A stretch of DNA of 64,000 bases, taken from positions 104,808 through 168,807 of IMG/VR virus record IMGVR_UViG_3300050821_010761; one strand, 5' to 3'. Within the stretch, counting starts at the first letter, position 1, and each line of letters begins with the position of its first letter. The notes beneath the pieces are model-generated. The model ran no database searches, was not told where the DNA came from, and worked only from the letters and a program-made list of their open reading frames with translations. This DNA comes from a virus. Taxonomy: Duplodnaviria > Heunggongvirae > Uroviricota > Caudoviricetes. Below are positions 63,759-64,000 of this stretch, in pieces. Made by a program: the position numbers and the translations under genes.

Positions 63759-63873
63759 ATTTTTCCTTCGTGTAGATTTTATAATAGATCATTTGAGACG
63801 GTAGGTCAAGTGCCATTTATTCGCTAAGCCTGATATATACGGGTATGGCTTTCCCCTCAATCTTTACACTAAT

Positions 63874-64000
63874 ATGATGAAGAAAACTATCGAATTCATG
63901 ACTAAAATCGATACTGCCGACTTCGACAGGGCAGTAGCCGACATGCAGCGTAAATTGAAAGATATTTATCGTCCAGCCGATAACGTAGCCCAACAGAGAG
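63874..64000 (+). CDS. hypothetical protein, 3' end truncated by window edge
   Basis: ATGATGAAGAAAACT... open to the end of the window. Divergent from the - strand pair. Confidence 0.3.
   Translation, partial: MMKKTIEFMTKIDTADFDRAVADMQRKLKDIYRPADNVAQQR

Overview
This window looks like a segment of a large virulent contractile-tailed phage (myovirus-like) genome, about 40% GC, with strong AGGAG-type Shine-Dalgarno sites. It falls into four modules. (1) Positions 1-12.6 kb, + strand: a virion/tail module with a tail sheath gene, a tail tube gene, a double-hairpin terminator and a run of Ser/Thr/Asn-rich fiber-like proteins that share C-terminal modules. (2) Positions 12.7-32.9 kb, mostly - strand: about 50 tightly packed, often overlapping small early-type genes. 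Among them are a Thg1-like tRNA 3'-5' polymerase next to a SPOUT (TrmL-like) methyltransferase, a probable rIIA (GHKL ATPase)/rIIB pair, a PA14/collagen-like lipoprotein with its own terminator, and putative holin/spanin-like membrane proteins. (3) Positions 32.9-41.4 kb, - strand: a compositionally distinct island that is GC-richer, about 5-10x enriched for GAGAC/GTCTC, and has a different translation-initiation context (AAAGGGGTTATnATGAGAC). It carries CarD/CdnL-like, DUF932-like and Cys-motif proteins, perfect TGTCTCA-N3-TGAGACA palindromes, and a 1.1-kb non-coding leader. (4) Positions 41.6-63.6 kb, + strand: two HNH endonucleases, a classical AAA ATPase, a flotillin/SPFH protein, nucleotide metabolism genes (class-II-like RNR, ThyX, dUTPase, peptide deformylase) and an expanded RNA-repair toolkit. 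The toolkit comprises T4-like polynucleotide kinase/phosphatase, an Rnl1-type RNA ligase, a Pol-beta-type nucleotidyltransferase, a SLOG-like protein, a metallophosphoesterase and three paralogous small HAD phosphatases. I could not support any rRNA, tRNA, CRISPR array, integrase or transposase. The most novel-looking elements are the distributed tRNA repair/immunisation gene set, the GC-rich island with its palindromic GAGAC motifs, and a 43-bp tandem duplication that creates a decoy mini-ORF.
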